A DNA stretch of 64,000 nt from Candidatus Calditenuaceae archaeon HR02 (lineage in GTDB: Archaea; Thermoproteota; Nitrososphaeria_A; Caldarchaeales; Calditenuaceae): positions 32,001 through 96,000 of the forward strand of contig BEHE01000001.1 in assembly GCA_002898395.1 (NCBI GenBank). The letters run 5' to 3'. Below the pieces are notes generated by a model. That model worked only from the letters and a program-made list of their open reading frames with translations. It ran no database searches and was not told the origin of the DNA. The position numbers were made by a program, and so were the translations under genes. Shown here piece after piece: positions 9,515 to 18,873 of this stretch; the stretch's first letter is position 1; the number at the start of each line of letters is the position of its first letter.

Positions 9515-10405
9515 TTAAATCAGCCGAATATTACTAGGATCTATGTCAAAAAGTTTTAAAAGCCGCTCAGTATATCGTATTATTGACATTATATTGAGAC
9601 TACATTCAACGTAAAATCCAGAGACAAGTTTCGGGTCCCTGAACATTTCTCCCGATTGATGAATAGGTCTATCATTTACTAAGTATCTTTTACGGCCTAC
9701 TTGGATCGGGAGTTTGTCTTTCGTTAGCCTGTTAGTCTCGACTAGCCACTCAACAGTAGTTAGCAGTATTTCTCTCCATTTCTTGATTGTGTACCGCTTT
9801 CCGTCGGGGAATAAAATTTCTCTATACGTCATCTTTGAGCCAGGCTTAGCGTTAATTCTACTCAAAGGTACTCCGCCATTTCCAGCGACCTTTACTCTTC
9901 CTTCTATTTCACGTGACGTTAACGGTTTTTGCGCCTCTCCTGTGAAGGGCGAGTGTCTGAGGATTATGAAGGCTTTTCTCAGGACTTCTCCCGGATCTTC
10001 CCTCAATATGTCCCACTCGGCTATCTTCTTCTCCGGTAAGGGTTTAGGGATGAAGGTGTCGTATATTTCCCATTTCATGCCGTCGGTTGCGATGAAGTAT
10101 TTTACGCCCTCAGTGACGCAGTAAGAGATGTATTGCTGTAGATCCTCCTGCCTCCCTAGACTCTTAGCACCTATGAAGGCTAGCGGCACTGTACCACCGT
10201 GTAGTAGTGCATAGTCTGGGCGCCCGGCCTGTGTTGAGAACTCCGGTCTAACCTGCTCGGGGTCCTCGGTATCCCAGCACAAGAGCCGCAGAAACGGGTC
10301 AATAAGAGCATAGCGGGTCAGCATCTCGTTCTTAGCGAGTTGTTCCCTATACTTGTTGGCCCTCTCCCGAAGTATCCTAATCTTCTCGAGTGCTTCCCGA
10401 AACAA
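9515..10405 (-). CDS. Type I restriction enzyme HsdR N-terminal-like (PD-(D/E)XK) domain fused to a SeqA-like C-terminal domain
   Basis: NEMLTRYALIDPFLRLLCWD, GRPDYAL and FIATDGMKW match HSDR_N. Likely start is TTG at 10405 (the ORF extends to 10468 through an AT-rich promoter). Confidence 0.75.
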   Translation of the reverse strand: MFREALEKIRILRERANKYREQLAKNEMLTRYALIDPFLRLLCWDTEDPEQVRPEFSTQAGRPDYALLHGGTVPLAFIGAKSLGRQEDLQQYISYCVTEGVKYFIATDGMKWEIYDTFIPKPLPEKKIAEWDILREDPGEVLRKAFIILRHSPFTGEAQKPLTSREIEGRVKVAGNGGVPLSRINAKPGSKMTYREILFPDGKRYTIKKWREILLTTVEWLVETNRLTKDKLPIQVGRKRYLVNDRPIHQSGEMFRDPKLVSGFYVECSLNIMSIIRYTERLLKLFDIDPSNIRLI

Positions 10406-10622
10406 TCCAAAAATTGAGCCGGTTTGAAGTATAAAAATTTTCAAAATACGTGATACAATAGAAGTCAATCATGGAGCTGGGTGCTACGCCTCACATGGGA
10501 GAACATACCTGCAGGGAGGGGTGAGGTCTCCTTATAGACCTGTAGATGTTGTGGGTGCCACGATGTTCTCCGAGGCTGGTTGTGGAGACTTATTAACTGG
10601 GGTGCGGCTCAATCATGGTGGC

Positions 10623-11048
10623 ATGGAGCTGACTTCACGGGAGGCATATGAGAAGATGCTGGACCGGGCGTTGACTAGAGTGAAGTCCAGCAGAGCTGAT
10701 CGGGGGGAGCGCACCATCTCCCTCACACCTGAGATAGTCCACGAGCAGAGGCAGACAATCATCACAAACTTCAAACAGCTCGCAGATGCTCTTGGCAGGG
10801 AGCCCCAACACCTGGCCCGCTTTATCTTCAAAGAGACGGGGAGGCCTGGAACCCTAGATGGTGAGAGAGCAATCCTGAGTGGGAGAGTTGGTGATGAAGA
10901 GTTAGGGAAGCTTCTCCAGCTCTACTTTAAGGAGTTTGTAAAGTGCCCAGTCTGCGGGGGGATTGACACTAAAATAGTCTCGGAGAAGAGGTTCAGATTC
11001 TTAGTCTGCGAAATATGTGGCGCCAAGACACCTATCAGGAAGATATAG
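10623..11048 (+). CDS. eif2b: Translation initiation factor 2 beta subunit
   Basis: YEKMLDRA, TIITNF and C-terminal CPVC...CEICGA zinc ribbon; likely ATG at 10623. Confidence 0.92.
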   Translation: MELTSREAYEKMLDRALTRVKSSRADRGERTISLTPEIVHEQRQTIITNFKQLADALGREPQHLARFIFKETGRPGTLDGERAILSGRVGDEELGKLLQLYFKEFVKCPVCGGIDTKIVSEKRFRFLVCEICGAKTPIRKI

Positions 11049-11059
11049 TGGGTTGGCTG

Positions 11060-11212
11060 TTAGTCTGGCCATCCGCCACAAGCACAGAAGCCGAGCGCGT
11101 CTATCCTGCAGCCACAAACCTCGCAATGGTCTGGACCATACGAAAACTCGTCAACGGGTACGCCATAGACATAGTCATGCTCGTCTGAAAGCTCACGGCA
11201 AATGTCACTCAA
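11060..11212 (-). CDS. 50-aa acidic Cys-rich (putative Zn-binding) small protein, not in the ORF track
   Basis: Manual translation MSDICRELSDEHDYVYGVPVDEFSYGPDHCEVCGCRIDALGFCACGGWPD*. TTG start preceded by a GGTGGTGA SD-like sequence. Confidence 0.7.
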   Translation of the reverse strand: MSDICRELSDEHDYVYGVPVDEFSYGPDHCEVCGCRIDALGFCACGGWPD

Positions 11213-11401
11213 CAAATCACCACCCCAAACCATCACAAACCATCCCCACCAAAGAATCCACAGACATGTTTATTTCTCTTAGATGTGCCCTCCCTCATCT
11301 TTAAACCCGCCGAACATACTTGGATATGGTTCTCAGTTTCGGTGCTGGGCTTCCCTTTTTAAAGCCTTAAATACCCCCGCCACGCTTTATAAAGCTCAGG
11401 G

Positions 11402-11986
11402 TTGGAACAAAAATATCCCGAACCGACAATCGAGATACAAAACGTTGTCGCCTCCGTCACACTTAACCAGAGGCTTGACTTGAATGCTATCCAGAACGCG
11501 TTTCCTGAGGCCGAGTATAAGCCCGCACAGTTTCCGGGCCTCGTTTTCAGGCTTGCTAAGCCCAAGACAGCCACACTGATCTTCAGTAGTGGGAAGATGG
11601 TTTGTACTGGTGCTAAGAGTGAGGAGGAGGCTGTCAAGGCTGTCAAGATTGTGGTGAAGCTTTTGAAGAGGGAGAACTTCCTGATTAGGGAGGAGCCGAT
11701 AATAGAGATACAGAACATTGTGGCCTCAATAGACCTTCACGGGAGAATAAATCTCATCCAGGCAGCCCAGTCCCTCGAGAACGTCATGTATGAGCCTGAA
11801 CAGTTCCCCGGCTTGATCTATAGGATGGCAAGCCCTAAGGTTGTGATACTTATGTTTGCGAGTGGTAAGCTGGTCTGTACAGGTGCTAAGTATGAGAAGG
11901 AGGTCTATGAGGCGATTCGTATCCTGAGAAATGAGCTTATTGAGAAGGGGCTTATTACCTATATGGTCCAGTCGCAGGGAGTCTAA
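11402..11986 (+). CDS. tbp: TATA-box binding protein
   Basis: Two repeats of IQN(V/I)VAS...(Y)xPxQFPGL...FxSGK(M/L)VCTGAK. Confidence 0.98.
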   Translation: MEQKYPEPTIEIQNVVASVTLNQRLDLNAIQNAFPEAEYKPAQFPGLVFRLAKPKTATLIFSSGKMVCTGAKSEEEAVKAVKIVVKLLKRENFLIREEPIIEIQNIVASIDLHGRINLIQAAQSLENVMYEPEQFPGLIYRMASPKVVILMFASGKLVCTGAKYEKEVYEAIRILRNELIEKGLITYMVQSQGV

Positions 11987-12040
11987 TGCCTACAAGAGAA
12001 GAATCTTGTAGTTTTGTACATGGTGGAGGTTGGGGATTAA

Positions 12041-12541
12041 GTGGGTGAGGAAAGGCTGAGGATTATTATCCAGATGGGGGAGCTGCGGGCTGAGGCAGAA
12101 GGGACGGCCGAAGAGGTTTTAAGGTTCATTTCGAGCTTCATTGGGCAACACCTGCCGGCCTATAACCTAGCACGCCGCCTCGCGTCTGGCCCAGATCTTG
12201 CCAAGCTGGTTGACGCACTCCAAGACTTCATCGCCTACAGTGAGGGGGAGGGACTCTACATCAAGCCCACCGCACGCGGCCTCTCTAACCCGCAGAGAAT
12301 ACTCCTCTATCTAGCAAAGAAACGGATTGAGGGGCTCATGGGCCTCTCCGAGAAGAACAGCGCTGGCGTTGTTGAGCTTGCAGAGACCCTAGGTGTGAAC
12401 ACTAAGACGATAACGGCTAGGCTTGCGGAGCTTGTCCGTGAAGGATTGATTCAGAGGGTAGAGAGAGGAGAGTACCAAGTCACGATGGCGGGCCTAGAGG
12501 AGCTTATCAACCGCCTCAAGACGCCTGGCCAAGAGGGGTAG
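12041..12541 (+). CDS. Winged-helix DNA-binding protein
   Basis: C-terminal ELAETLGVNTKTITARLAELVREGLIQRVERGEY. Confidence 0.75.
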   Translation: MGEERLRIIIQMGELRAEAEGTAEEVLRFISSFIGQHLPAYNLARRLASGPDLAKLVDALQDFIAYSEGEGLYIKPTARGLSNPQRILLYLAKKRIEGLMGLSEKNSAGVVELAETLGVNTKTITARLAELVREGLIQRVERGEYQVTMAGLEELINRLKTPGQEG

Positions 12542-12995
12542 CCCCACCCTCAACCCCTCCTGACTTTTCGGCAGCCTCTTCAGCAGCCCTCTCAATGGAC
12601 TTGGATGCGCGGTAGATGTATCTCTTGGGCTTCCCCTCGCGGATGAGGACCTCCCTTCTGACCAAGTCTAGGAGGCCGTGGGCCACCGCCGTGGGATCAT
12701 AGTGGTATCCCCTCCTGGCCAGCTCCCCGACAACCTCGGATAGGCTCCGCGGAGTTGAGAACCATCCCTCCTCAACCATCCTCTCTAAGAGGTCGAGGCA
12801 CGTTGTTGTACGGTGCTCTAGCCTTTTGGCCTGTGAAGGCTGTACAGCCTTGGCCTGCTGAATCCCTAGAACCGAGCGTCTGACCGCCTCCTCGACATTT
12901 TCCAGAGTAGTCTCAATCTCGACGGTCATGTCTCCTACGGTCAGCCTTACTTTTACTGGTTCTTTATTGTTGGACATGTTGTTCATCTTGCGCAA
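12516..12995 (-). CDS. Winged-helix DNA-binding protein
   Basis: EEGWFSTPRSLSEVVGELARRGYHYDPTAVAHGLLDLVRREVLIREG...Y. Confidence 0.7.
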   Translation of the reverse strand: MRKMNNMSNNKEPVKVRLTVGDMTVEIETTLENVEEAVRRSVLGIQQAKAVQPSQAKRLEHRTTTCLDLLERMVEEGWFSTPRSLSEVVGELARRGYHYDPTAVAHGLLDLVRREVLIREGKPKRYIYRASKSIERAAEEAAEKSGGVEGGATPLGQAS

Positions 12996-13024
12996 AATTA
13001 ATAAGCAAGCAATCCTTTACCATA

Positions 13025-14050
13025 GTGCGGGTGCCTTGGGACGTGGATGACATCTTGAGCAAGCTGAACACCATGAATAAGCCGATAGAGGAGGTATTTA
13101 TGAATTATATCGATGAGATAAACAACATCCCCCTCGCAGAACTCAACGGTGGTCTTGGGCCCTTCCATCAGCGGACCGAGTGGGGGGCTGAGTTGTGGGA
13201 GGAGGGGGATTGGATTCCGCTCAATCTTGTAGAGCTGCATATCCCCGTCGTTTCACTGGGACCCGCGCCCTGCAGTGACGTTGTGGCGGTTGATGCCTCT
13301 GTGGTGCGGGTCGCGGAGTCGAGGCAGGGCCTGGTTATCGGGCTGAGGGCTGCGATCGTCTTCAGAACCCGCGAGGGGGTCTCTCTGAAGGTAATAGGCC
13401 CGGTCCTGAGGCTTGTAAAGCCTGCATCGCCCTTGAGTATCGGCCATGAGGTCAGGGAGGAGCTCAGATACTTTGAGAGGCTTGTGCAACTTTGGGTCAT
13501 CACAAATATCAGGGCCGGCATCTACCTCTTTGATGGGACGCTTGTAGCAGGATACGACAGGTCCAACAGCCTCCTAGAAGCCGTTTTAGAGGTGGCTGAA
13601 TATACAAGCCGAGCCATACTAGGCTTCTCCAAGGAGAGCTTACTGGTGAGGGGAGGGGCCGAGATGGAGCTCTGGGACAGAGACATATCACCGCCTTATG
13701 TGCGGGACTTGACAGGGCCCATAAAGTCGGTTTGGAGCGGTATTAAGCCTCTGGGCAGTGTATTCTTGGTCAAGCTAGCGCCATCACTCTACCCCTTCAG
13801 GGTCGATGCCTATCCGGCCGAGAGAGGGATTGATGCGCTCTCATCCCTGCTTTCATCGGACGCTCTGATACATGGCTATCCAGAGACGCTCATACTTGCT
13901 CACACCCACGCAACATTCAGCTGGATGGATGTAGTGGCTATGAGAAGCACCCTCTTAGGGCAGACAAGCACCGCGATCTCAAGCATCTTCAACCAACGCC
14001 TGATGGTGTTAACACCTTTCGAGACAAGGGGTCATGAAGATCCTACGTAA
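13025..14050 (+). CDS. nurA: NurA-family 5'-3' nuclease
   Basis: VVAVDAS, LFDGTL, GFSKES and GYPETLILAH; overlaps the downstream HerA gene. Confidence 0.85.
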   Translation: MRVPWDVDDILSKLNTMNKPIEEVFMNYIDEINNIPLAELNGGLGPFHQRTEWGAELWEEGDWIPLNLVELHIPVVSLGPAPCSDVVAVDASVVRVAESRQGLVIGLRAAIVFRTREGVSLKVIGPVLRLVKPASPLSIGHEVREELRYFERLVQLWVITNIRAGIYLFDGTLVAGYDRSNSLLEAVLEVAEYTSRAILGFSKESLLVRGGAEMELWDRDISPPYVRDLTGPIKSVWSGIKPLGSVFLVKLAPSLYPFRVDAYPAERGIDALSSLLSSDALIHGYPETLILAHTHATFSWMDVVAMRSTLLGQTSTAISSIFNQRLMVLTPFETRGHEDPT

Positions 14051-15482
14051 GAATAATGGCACTTTTGAGATCCTCGCGCTTCCAGGCGACACAGAGATAG
14101 AGCGAGGTGAGTATATAGCCGCTGTCGAGGGTGATAAGGCCCTCATACTCGAGGTTATAGACGTGGAATATGCGGACATTCCAGGCCTCCTCGAAGACCT
14201 TCTCAGAGAGCTAACTCTTCAGAAAGCCTCTATGAGCATATACGACCCACATGGTGTCAGTTCAATAACATTTTCAATTCGAGAGTCCAAAGTTATAGTG
14301 GCGAAGCTTCGTACAGTCGTATGGCGTGATTGCGTCAGGCTTAACTCGCTCTGGATTCCCTCAAGGTTTACATCGAAGATTCAGCGTATCCCTACAAGCG
14401 AGGTGTTGAGGCATGTTAAAGGAGAGCCCCAGATACCCATCGAGATTGGGGGGTCGTTCGGCGAGCAAATAGCAATAGATGCCGCAGACCTTGATAACTC
14501 TCTAACAATTGTCACAGGGAGGAAAGGGACAGGAAAGTCGCACTTGGTAAAGGTCTTGCTATACGAGCTAGTCAGACATGGATGCTACGCATTGGTCTTC
14601 GACATTAATGGGGAATACTGTGGGCTTGGTCATGCAAAAGAAGGTGAGTCAAACGATGTGTCCGACAAGATAATTATAGCGAGGCCCTGCATAGACTTCA
14701 AAGTCGGTCTGGAGGCCATGGGCCTAGACGTGATTATGGATATACTTGAGCACGTCTTCGCTACACCGCAGAACAGCATAAGGGAGTTTGCGAGGCTCTG
14801 GGAATACTTGGAGAGGAGCGGCAAACTCACCATCGAAGGGCTTCTCGGCGAGGTACGTAGAGTCCATATGAACGAGGCTGTCAGAGACGCGTTGATGAGC
14901 AGGCTTCACGTCATCCTCGGCTCAGGCTTCATCATCGATGGAGACTACGACCCAATATACCAGCTATTCAACAGCCGGGAAGACGGGCTCCTAGTTGTGG
15001 TCGACCTTTCAAGGCTGAGGCCTATGGTCAGGAGGATGGTTGTCGAATATGTCCTGAGCGGGATTACAAGACACCTCTCAGAAAGCACTATCCCGCCACT
15101 CTTCCTCGTCTCGGAGGAGGCACACCTCTACGTTGGCGAGACGTATTGGGAGGATATAGTTACGAGGATGCGGCATTTAGGAATCTCGCCTATATTCGTG
15201 ACCAACCAGCCTGATTCAATCCCGGAGCTTATCTACAGACAGGCAGACAACTTATTCCTCTTCAACTTCGTAAACGAGAACGACCTCGAAGCACTCTCGA
15301 GATTCAGCCATGTTGACTCTGAGACGGTTAAGAAGATAGCTCCCTCGCTCGAGCTCGGCCAGGCCCTCATCATCGGCAGTATCGTGGGCAACATACCTAT
15401 CCTCGTTAAGATTAAGGACATAAATGCGAGGGTTCTGGGGCGGACGAAGAGATTCTTTAAATCGCTGGAGCAAAAGGTATAG
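14034..15482 (+). CDS. herA: HerA/FtsK-family ATPase/helicase
   Basis: N-terminal HAS-barrel-like region, Walker A GRKGTGKS, FDINGEY, Walker B variant LVSEEAH, RMRHLG and VTNQP. Confidence 0.88.
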   Translation: MKILRKNNGTFEILALPGDTEIERGEYIAAVEGDKALILEVIDVEYADIPGLLEDLLRELTLQKASMSIYDPHGVSSITFSIRESKVIVAKLRTVVWRDCVRLNSLWIPSRFTSKIQRIPTSEVLRHVKGEPQIPIEIGGSFGEQIAIDAADLDNSLTIVTGRKGTGKSHLVKVLLYELVRHGCYALVFDINGEYCGLGHAKEGESNDVSDKIIIARPCIDFKVGLEAMGLDVIMDILEHVFATPQNSIREFARLWEYLERSGKLTIEGLLGEVRRVHMNEAVRDALMSRLHVILGSGFIIDGDYDPIYQLFNSREDGLLVVVDLSRLRPMVRRMVVEYVLSGITRHLSESTIPPLFLVSEEAHLYVGETYWEDIVTRMRHLGISPIFVTNQPDSIPELIYRQADNLFLFNFVNENDLEALSRFSHVDSETVKKIAPSLELGQALIIGSIVGNIPILVKIKDINARVLGRTKRFFKSLEQKV

Positions 15483-15510
15483 AGAGTTCTGACAATCCTC
15501 TACACATGGA

Positions 15511-16161
15511 GTGAGGCGGGCTGTCAACAACGCTTATGTCAGGAGGCTTAGGGAGGAGTACTCGAGGCTAAGAGATGTGATTGAACAAAGGCTTGAAGAG
15601 TTTAGAAGGGTGGATAAGAGTAATGGCGGTAGACTCTTTGAAGAGCTTGTGTTCTGCATCCTAACTCCACAGTCGAGCGCGAGGAGGGCTGACTCAGCGG
15701 TTAGAGAGCTCTCGGAGAGAGGACTCTTGGAGAGAGGGCGGATCCGCGAGATATACTCTGTGCTTAGGCGTTGGGGTGTTAGGTTTCCGGCCAGGAAGGC
15801 GCAGTACATTGTGCTGAACAGGAGGAAGTTAAGATATGGGAGAGGTCTTCAGAGAATTCTCGGAGCAGATGCCCGCGCCACAAGGGAGGTTTTAGTGAGG
15901 AAGGTCTTGGGGATGGGCTACAAGGAAGCCTCCCACTTCCTGAGGAACATAGGATATGAAGGGCTGGCGATAATTGATAGACACGTCTTGAGAGGGCTAG
16001 TTAAAATTGGCGTACTAAACCAGGGCTTGGACGTCTCGAATAGAAAGAGGTACTTGCTTGTCGAGGAGAGGTTTATGGAGGCGGCGCGGATTGTTAGTGT
16101 GCCACCCGAGGCCCTTGACCTACTCCTCTGGTATGAAGGGACTGGGGAGATTTTCAAATGA
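15511..16161 (+). CDS. ogg: 8-oxoguanine DNA glycosylase/AP lyase
   Basis: FEELVFCILTPQSSA, GMGYKEASHFLRNIG, IIDRH and DLLLWY. Confidence 0.92.
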   Translation: MRRAVNNAYVRRLREEYSRLRDVIEQRLEEFRRVDKSNGGRLFEELVFCILTPQSSARRADSAVRELSERGLLERGRIREIYSVLRRWGVRFPARKAQYIVLNRRKLRYGRGLQRILGADARATREVLVRKVLGMGYKEASHFLRNIGYEGLAIIDRHVLRGLVKIGVLNQGLDVSNRKRYLLVEERFMEAARIVSVPPEALDLLLWYEGTGEIFK

Positions 16162-17090
16162 TAGCTCCCTCGGAGGATTTCAGAATGCTTGCATCACAGC
16201 TCACTGATCTCGACCTCGAAGCCTATCTAAGGGTTGTGGAAGAGCCTTTGCCAGAATGTGTGAGGCTTAACACGCTAAAGTTCCGAGAAAAGGATGTTAG
16301 GGAGTTCATGCATTATAGGGGGTGGAGGTTAAAGCCTCTAGCATGGGTGAGGCATGGCTACAGGGTGCTCGAGGCCCCGGTGACCAATCTCGGCGACTCA
16401 TTAGAACATATGCTGGGACTGATCTATATTCAGGGTCCAGTGTCGATGCTTCCAGTGGAGGTCCTCGATGTAAGGGTTGGTGATAGGTGCCTCGACCTCT
16501 GCGCCGCTCCTGGCAGCAAGTCTACCCAGATGTGCCAGCTCGTGGGGCTTGACGGAGTCGTCGTGGCAAACGACGTCTCGAGTAAGAGGGTGAAGGCTCT
16601 CTCTTTCAACCTGCAGCGCTGGGGGGCGGTTAACTCGGTTGTGACACTCACGGATGGCAGGTTCTTCAGCAAATGGGGTGCTGGCTTGTTTGACAGAGTA
16701 CTTGTTGACGTTCCTTGCAGTTCTCTAGGCGTGGTGAGTAAGGATTGGTCAGTCCTTAAAAGATACAGGCATAACCACAGCAAGCGGCTCCAACCACTTC
16801 AAGCAGCACTCCTCGAGTCGGGGTACAGGTGCTTGAGACAGGGCGGCGTAATAGTCTACTCGACCTGCACAATTCATCCGCTCGAGAATGAGGCAGTAAT
16901 ATCACGGTTTCTGGATAGGCATCCGGAGGCAAGCCTCGAAGAGGTCAGGCCCCAGGGTCTAAGGTGGCGCAGACCCTTGGAGGCGTTTGAAGGCGAGAGG
17001 TTTAACCCAGAGGTGGAGAAGTGTTTTAAGTGCTACCCCTATGATAACAGCGGTGAGGGGTTCTTCATCGCCAAGATTAGGAGGGGGTGA
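16158..17090 (+). CDS. RsmB/NOP2/NSUN RNA m5C methyltransferase
   Basis: LDLCAAPGSKS, DRVLVDVPCS, YSTCT, ENE and GFFIA. Confidence 0.92.
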   Translation: MIAPSEDFRMLASQLTDLDLEAYLRVVEEPLPECVRLNTLKFREKDVREFMHYRGWRLKPLAWVRHGYRVLEAPVTNLGDSLEHMLGLIYIQGPVSMLPVEVLDVRVGDRCLDLCAAPGSKSTQMCQLVGLDGVVVANDVSSKRVKALSFNLQRWGAVNSVVTLTDGRFFSKWGAGLFDRVLVDVPCSSLGVVSKDWSVLKRYRHNHSKRLQPLQAALLESGYRCLRQGGVIVYSTCTIHPLENEAVISRFLDRHPEASLEEVRPQGLRWRRPLEAFEGERFNPEVEKCFKCYPYDNSGEGFFIAKIRRG

Positions 17091-17093
17091 GAC

Positions 17094-17543
17094 GTGGTTC
17101 GCGTCATGAATAGAAGCTGCTACTCCTCCCTCTCACGCTTTCTAAGAGTCAGCGACCTACCACCCCAGCTTGTCTTCACGGAATCAGGTAAGAAGGTTAG
17201 ATGTGTTACACACGCAGCCCTGGAGACAGCTGCGCTCATGAAGGGCGTTGTCACAATGGGGGTGTACGCGGCCAAGAGGATAGGCAACGACTATTACCTG
17301 TCCATTGAGGGTAGCCAGCTTCTTGGACCATACCTCGAGCGAGGCGTCATAGATGTCTCTATGAGTGAGGGGGAGAGCTGGATGAGGGGGGCCCCAATCG
17401 AGAGACAGGGACTCGAATTAGGCATAGCCGTAGTTAGGATGGGGTGGCTGTATCTCGGGTCTGGCCGCGTCTCGAGAGATGGGCGAGTCTATCCCCTCAT
17501 TCCGAAGGAAAGGATGATAAGCCATCAAGATGGTAGGGACTAG
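17094..17543 (+). CDS. NIP7/RsmF C-terminal PUA-like accessory protein
   Basis: YYLSIEGSQLLGP...W.RG...IPKER; directly follows the m5C methyltransferase. Confidence 0.65.
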   Translation: MVRVMNRSCYSSLSRFLRVSDLPPQLVFTESGKKVRCVTHAALETAALMKGVVTMGVYAAKRIGNDYYLSIEGSQLLGPYLERGVIDVSMSEGESWMRGAPIERQGLELGIAVVRMGWLYLGSGRVSRDGRVYPLIPKERMISHQDGRD

Positions 17544-17560
17544 TTGGTGCATAATAGAGG

Positions 17561-18871
17561 TTGAGAAACTATTACGACATAGTTGTCATTGGTGGAGGGA
17601 TTGTAGGAGTTTTCGCGACGCTTGATCTCGCACTCCGGGGAGCTTCGGTCCTTCTCTTGGAGAGGCGGAGAATCTGCTCTGGGACGTCTGGGAGGAGTCA
17701 CGGGATGCTTCACAGCGGTGCACGGTATGCAACCACAGACCCTAAGGCGGCTGAAGAATGCATCAGGGAGAATAGGATTCTCTCGGAGATGGCGCCCCAC
17801 TGTATCCGAGATGTCGGAGGCTTCTTCGTCTCTGTAAACCCTGGGGAGGAGGAATACCACCGCCCGCTTCTAAGCTCCTGTAGGATGGCCGGCATACCAT
17901 CGAGAGAAGTCGATGTAGACCTGCCCAGAACACTGGAGCCTCACATCACACCTAATGCCCGCTCCGCCATCCTAGTCCCTGATAAAGTGGTTTACGCGAG
18001 GGACCTAGCATTCTCAGCCCTACTTATGGCGCTCACGAGAGGGGCTAGCGTCGTTGAAGGGGCTTTTGTGGAACGGATACAGATCGAGGGCGGCCAAGTC
18101 ACTGGTGTAGAGGCATCCTCCCCTAGTGGCGTTTTCAAGATTCGGTGTAGAGGCGTCGTTAATGCGGCCGGGCCTTGGTGCGGCGAGGTTGCAAGGAGGG
18201 CTGGACTCTCCGTAGAAGTCATACCTGCCGCAGGAGTTATGGGAGTAGCCAACGCGAACCTGACCCGCCACATAATAAACAGAATGAGGCCACCGAGCGA
18301 TGGTGACATACTCGTCCCCTATGCAGCCGGCGCGACAATAGCGGGGACGACCGCCAAGCTCGCCGAAGACCTAGACAGGCTCGGGGTGGGAGAGGAAGAC
18401 GCCGAGATACTCCTCCAGGAGTGCGGGGAAGTGGTGCCAGCCCTCAGGGCTATAGGGTTTTCACGCCTCTGTACCTCCGTCAGGCCGCTCATCGCGAAAA
18501 ATGTGGGTGAGACAGATCTACGCGAAATGACGAGGAGCTTTGAGGTCATAGACCATTCCGAGGAGGGTGCCAGAGGATTCGTAACAGCGGTGGGAGGTAA
18601 GCTGACCACTGGAAGACTGATAGCAGAAAAAGCGGTGAACACGATAGCGCCGCACCTAGGCATCCCAACTGGCAGCTTCACCGAGAAGATCAGACTGGAC
18701 CCTCCAAGCAGAGAAGAGGCAAAGGGGATTGAAGAGGCAATAGAGGCCGGCGAGGTGGTGGGGCCACTAAAAACCATGATACACGAATCGCTCGAGATGA
18801 TAGACGGTGAGAGGTATTGGAGTCTCCTACTCCCCCTAGTCTTCTCAAAGAGAGTGGGTGAGAGGCTCTGA
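17561..18871 (+). CDS. glpA: FAD-dependent glycerol-3-phosphate dehydrogenase (GlpA-like, short C-terminus)
   Basis: IGGGIVG, GTSGRSHGMLHSGARY, NAAGPW, RPPSDGDI and GGKLTT. Confidence 0.85.
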   Translation: MRNYYDIVVIGGGIVGVFATLDLALRGASVLLLERRRICSGTSGRSHGMLHSGARYATTDPKAAEECIRENRILSEMAPHCIRDVGGFFVSVNPGEEEYHRPLLSSCRMAGIPSREVDVDLPRTLEPHITPNARSAILVPDKVVYARDLAFSALLMALTRGASVVEGAFVERIQIEGGQVTGVEASSPSGVFKIRCRGVVNAAGPWCGEVARRAGLSVEVIPAAGVMGVANANLTRHIINRMRPPSDGDILVPYAAGATIAGTTAKLAEDLDRLGVGEEDAEILLQECGEVVPALRAIGFSRLCTSVRPLIAKNVGETDLREMTRSFEVIDHSEEGARGFVTAVGGKLTTGRLIAEKAVNTIAPHLGIPTGSFTEKIRLDPPSREEAKGIEEAIEAGEVVGPLKTMIHESLEMIDGERYWSLLLPLVFSKRVGERL

Positions 18872-18873
18872 GG

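Noticed and set aside
10465-10631. Short direct repeat TCAATCATGG / CATGGAGCTG at ~10465 and ~10609
   Set aside because: Only about 10 bp, does not flank the restriction-like gene and has no associated mobile element; probably chance.
11017-11304. 95-aa His/Arg-rich plus-strand ORF
   Set aside because: Shadow of the minus-strand Cys-rich ORF and the A/C-rich tract; no protein-like features.
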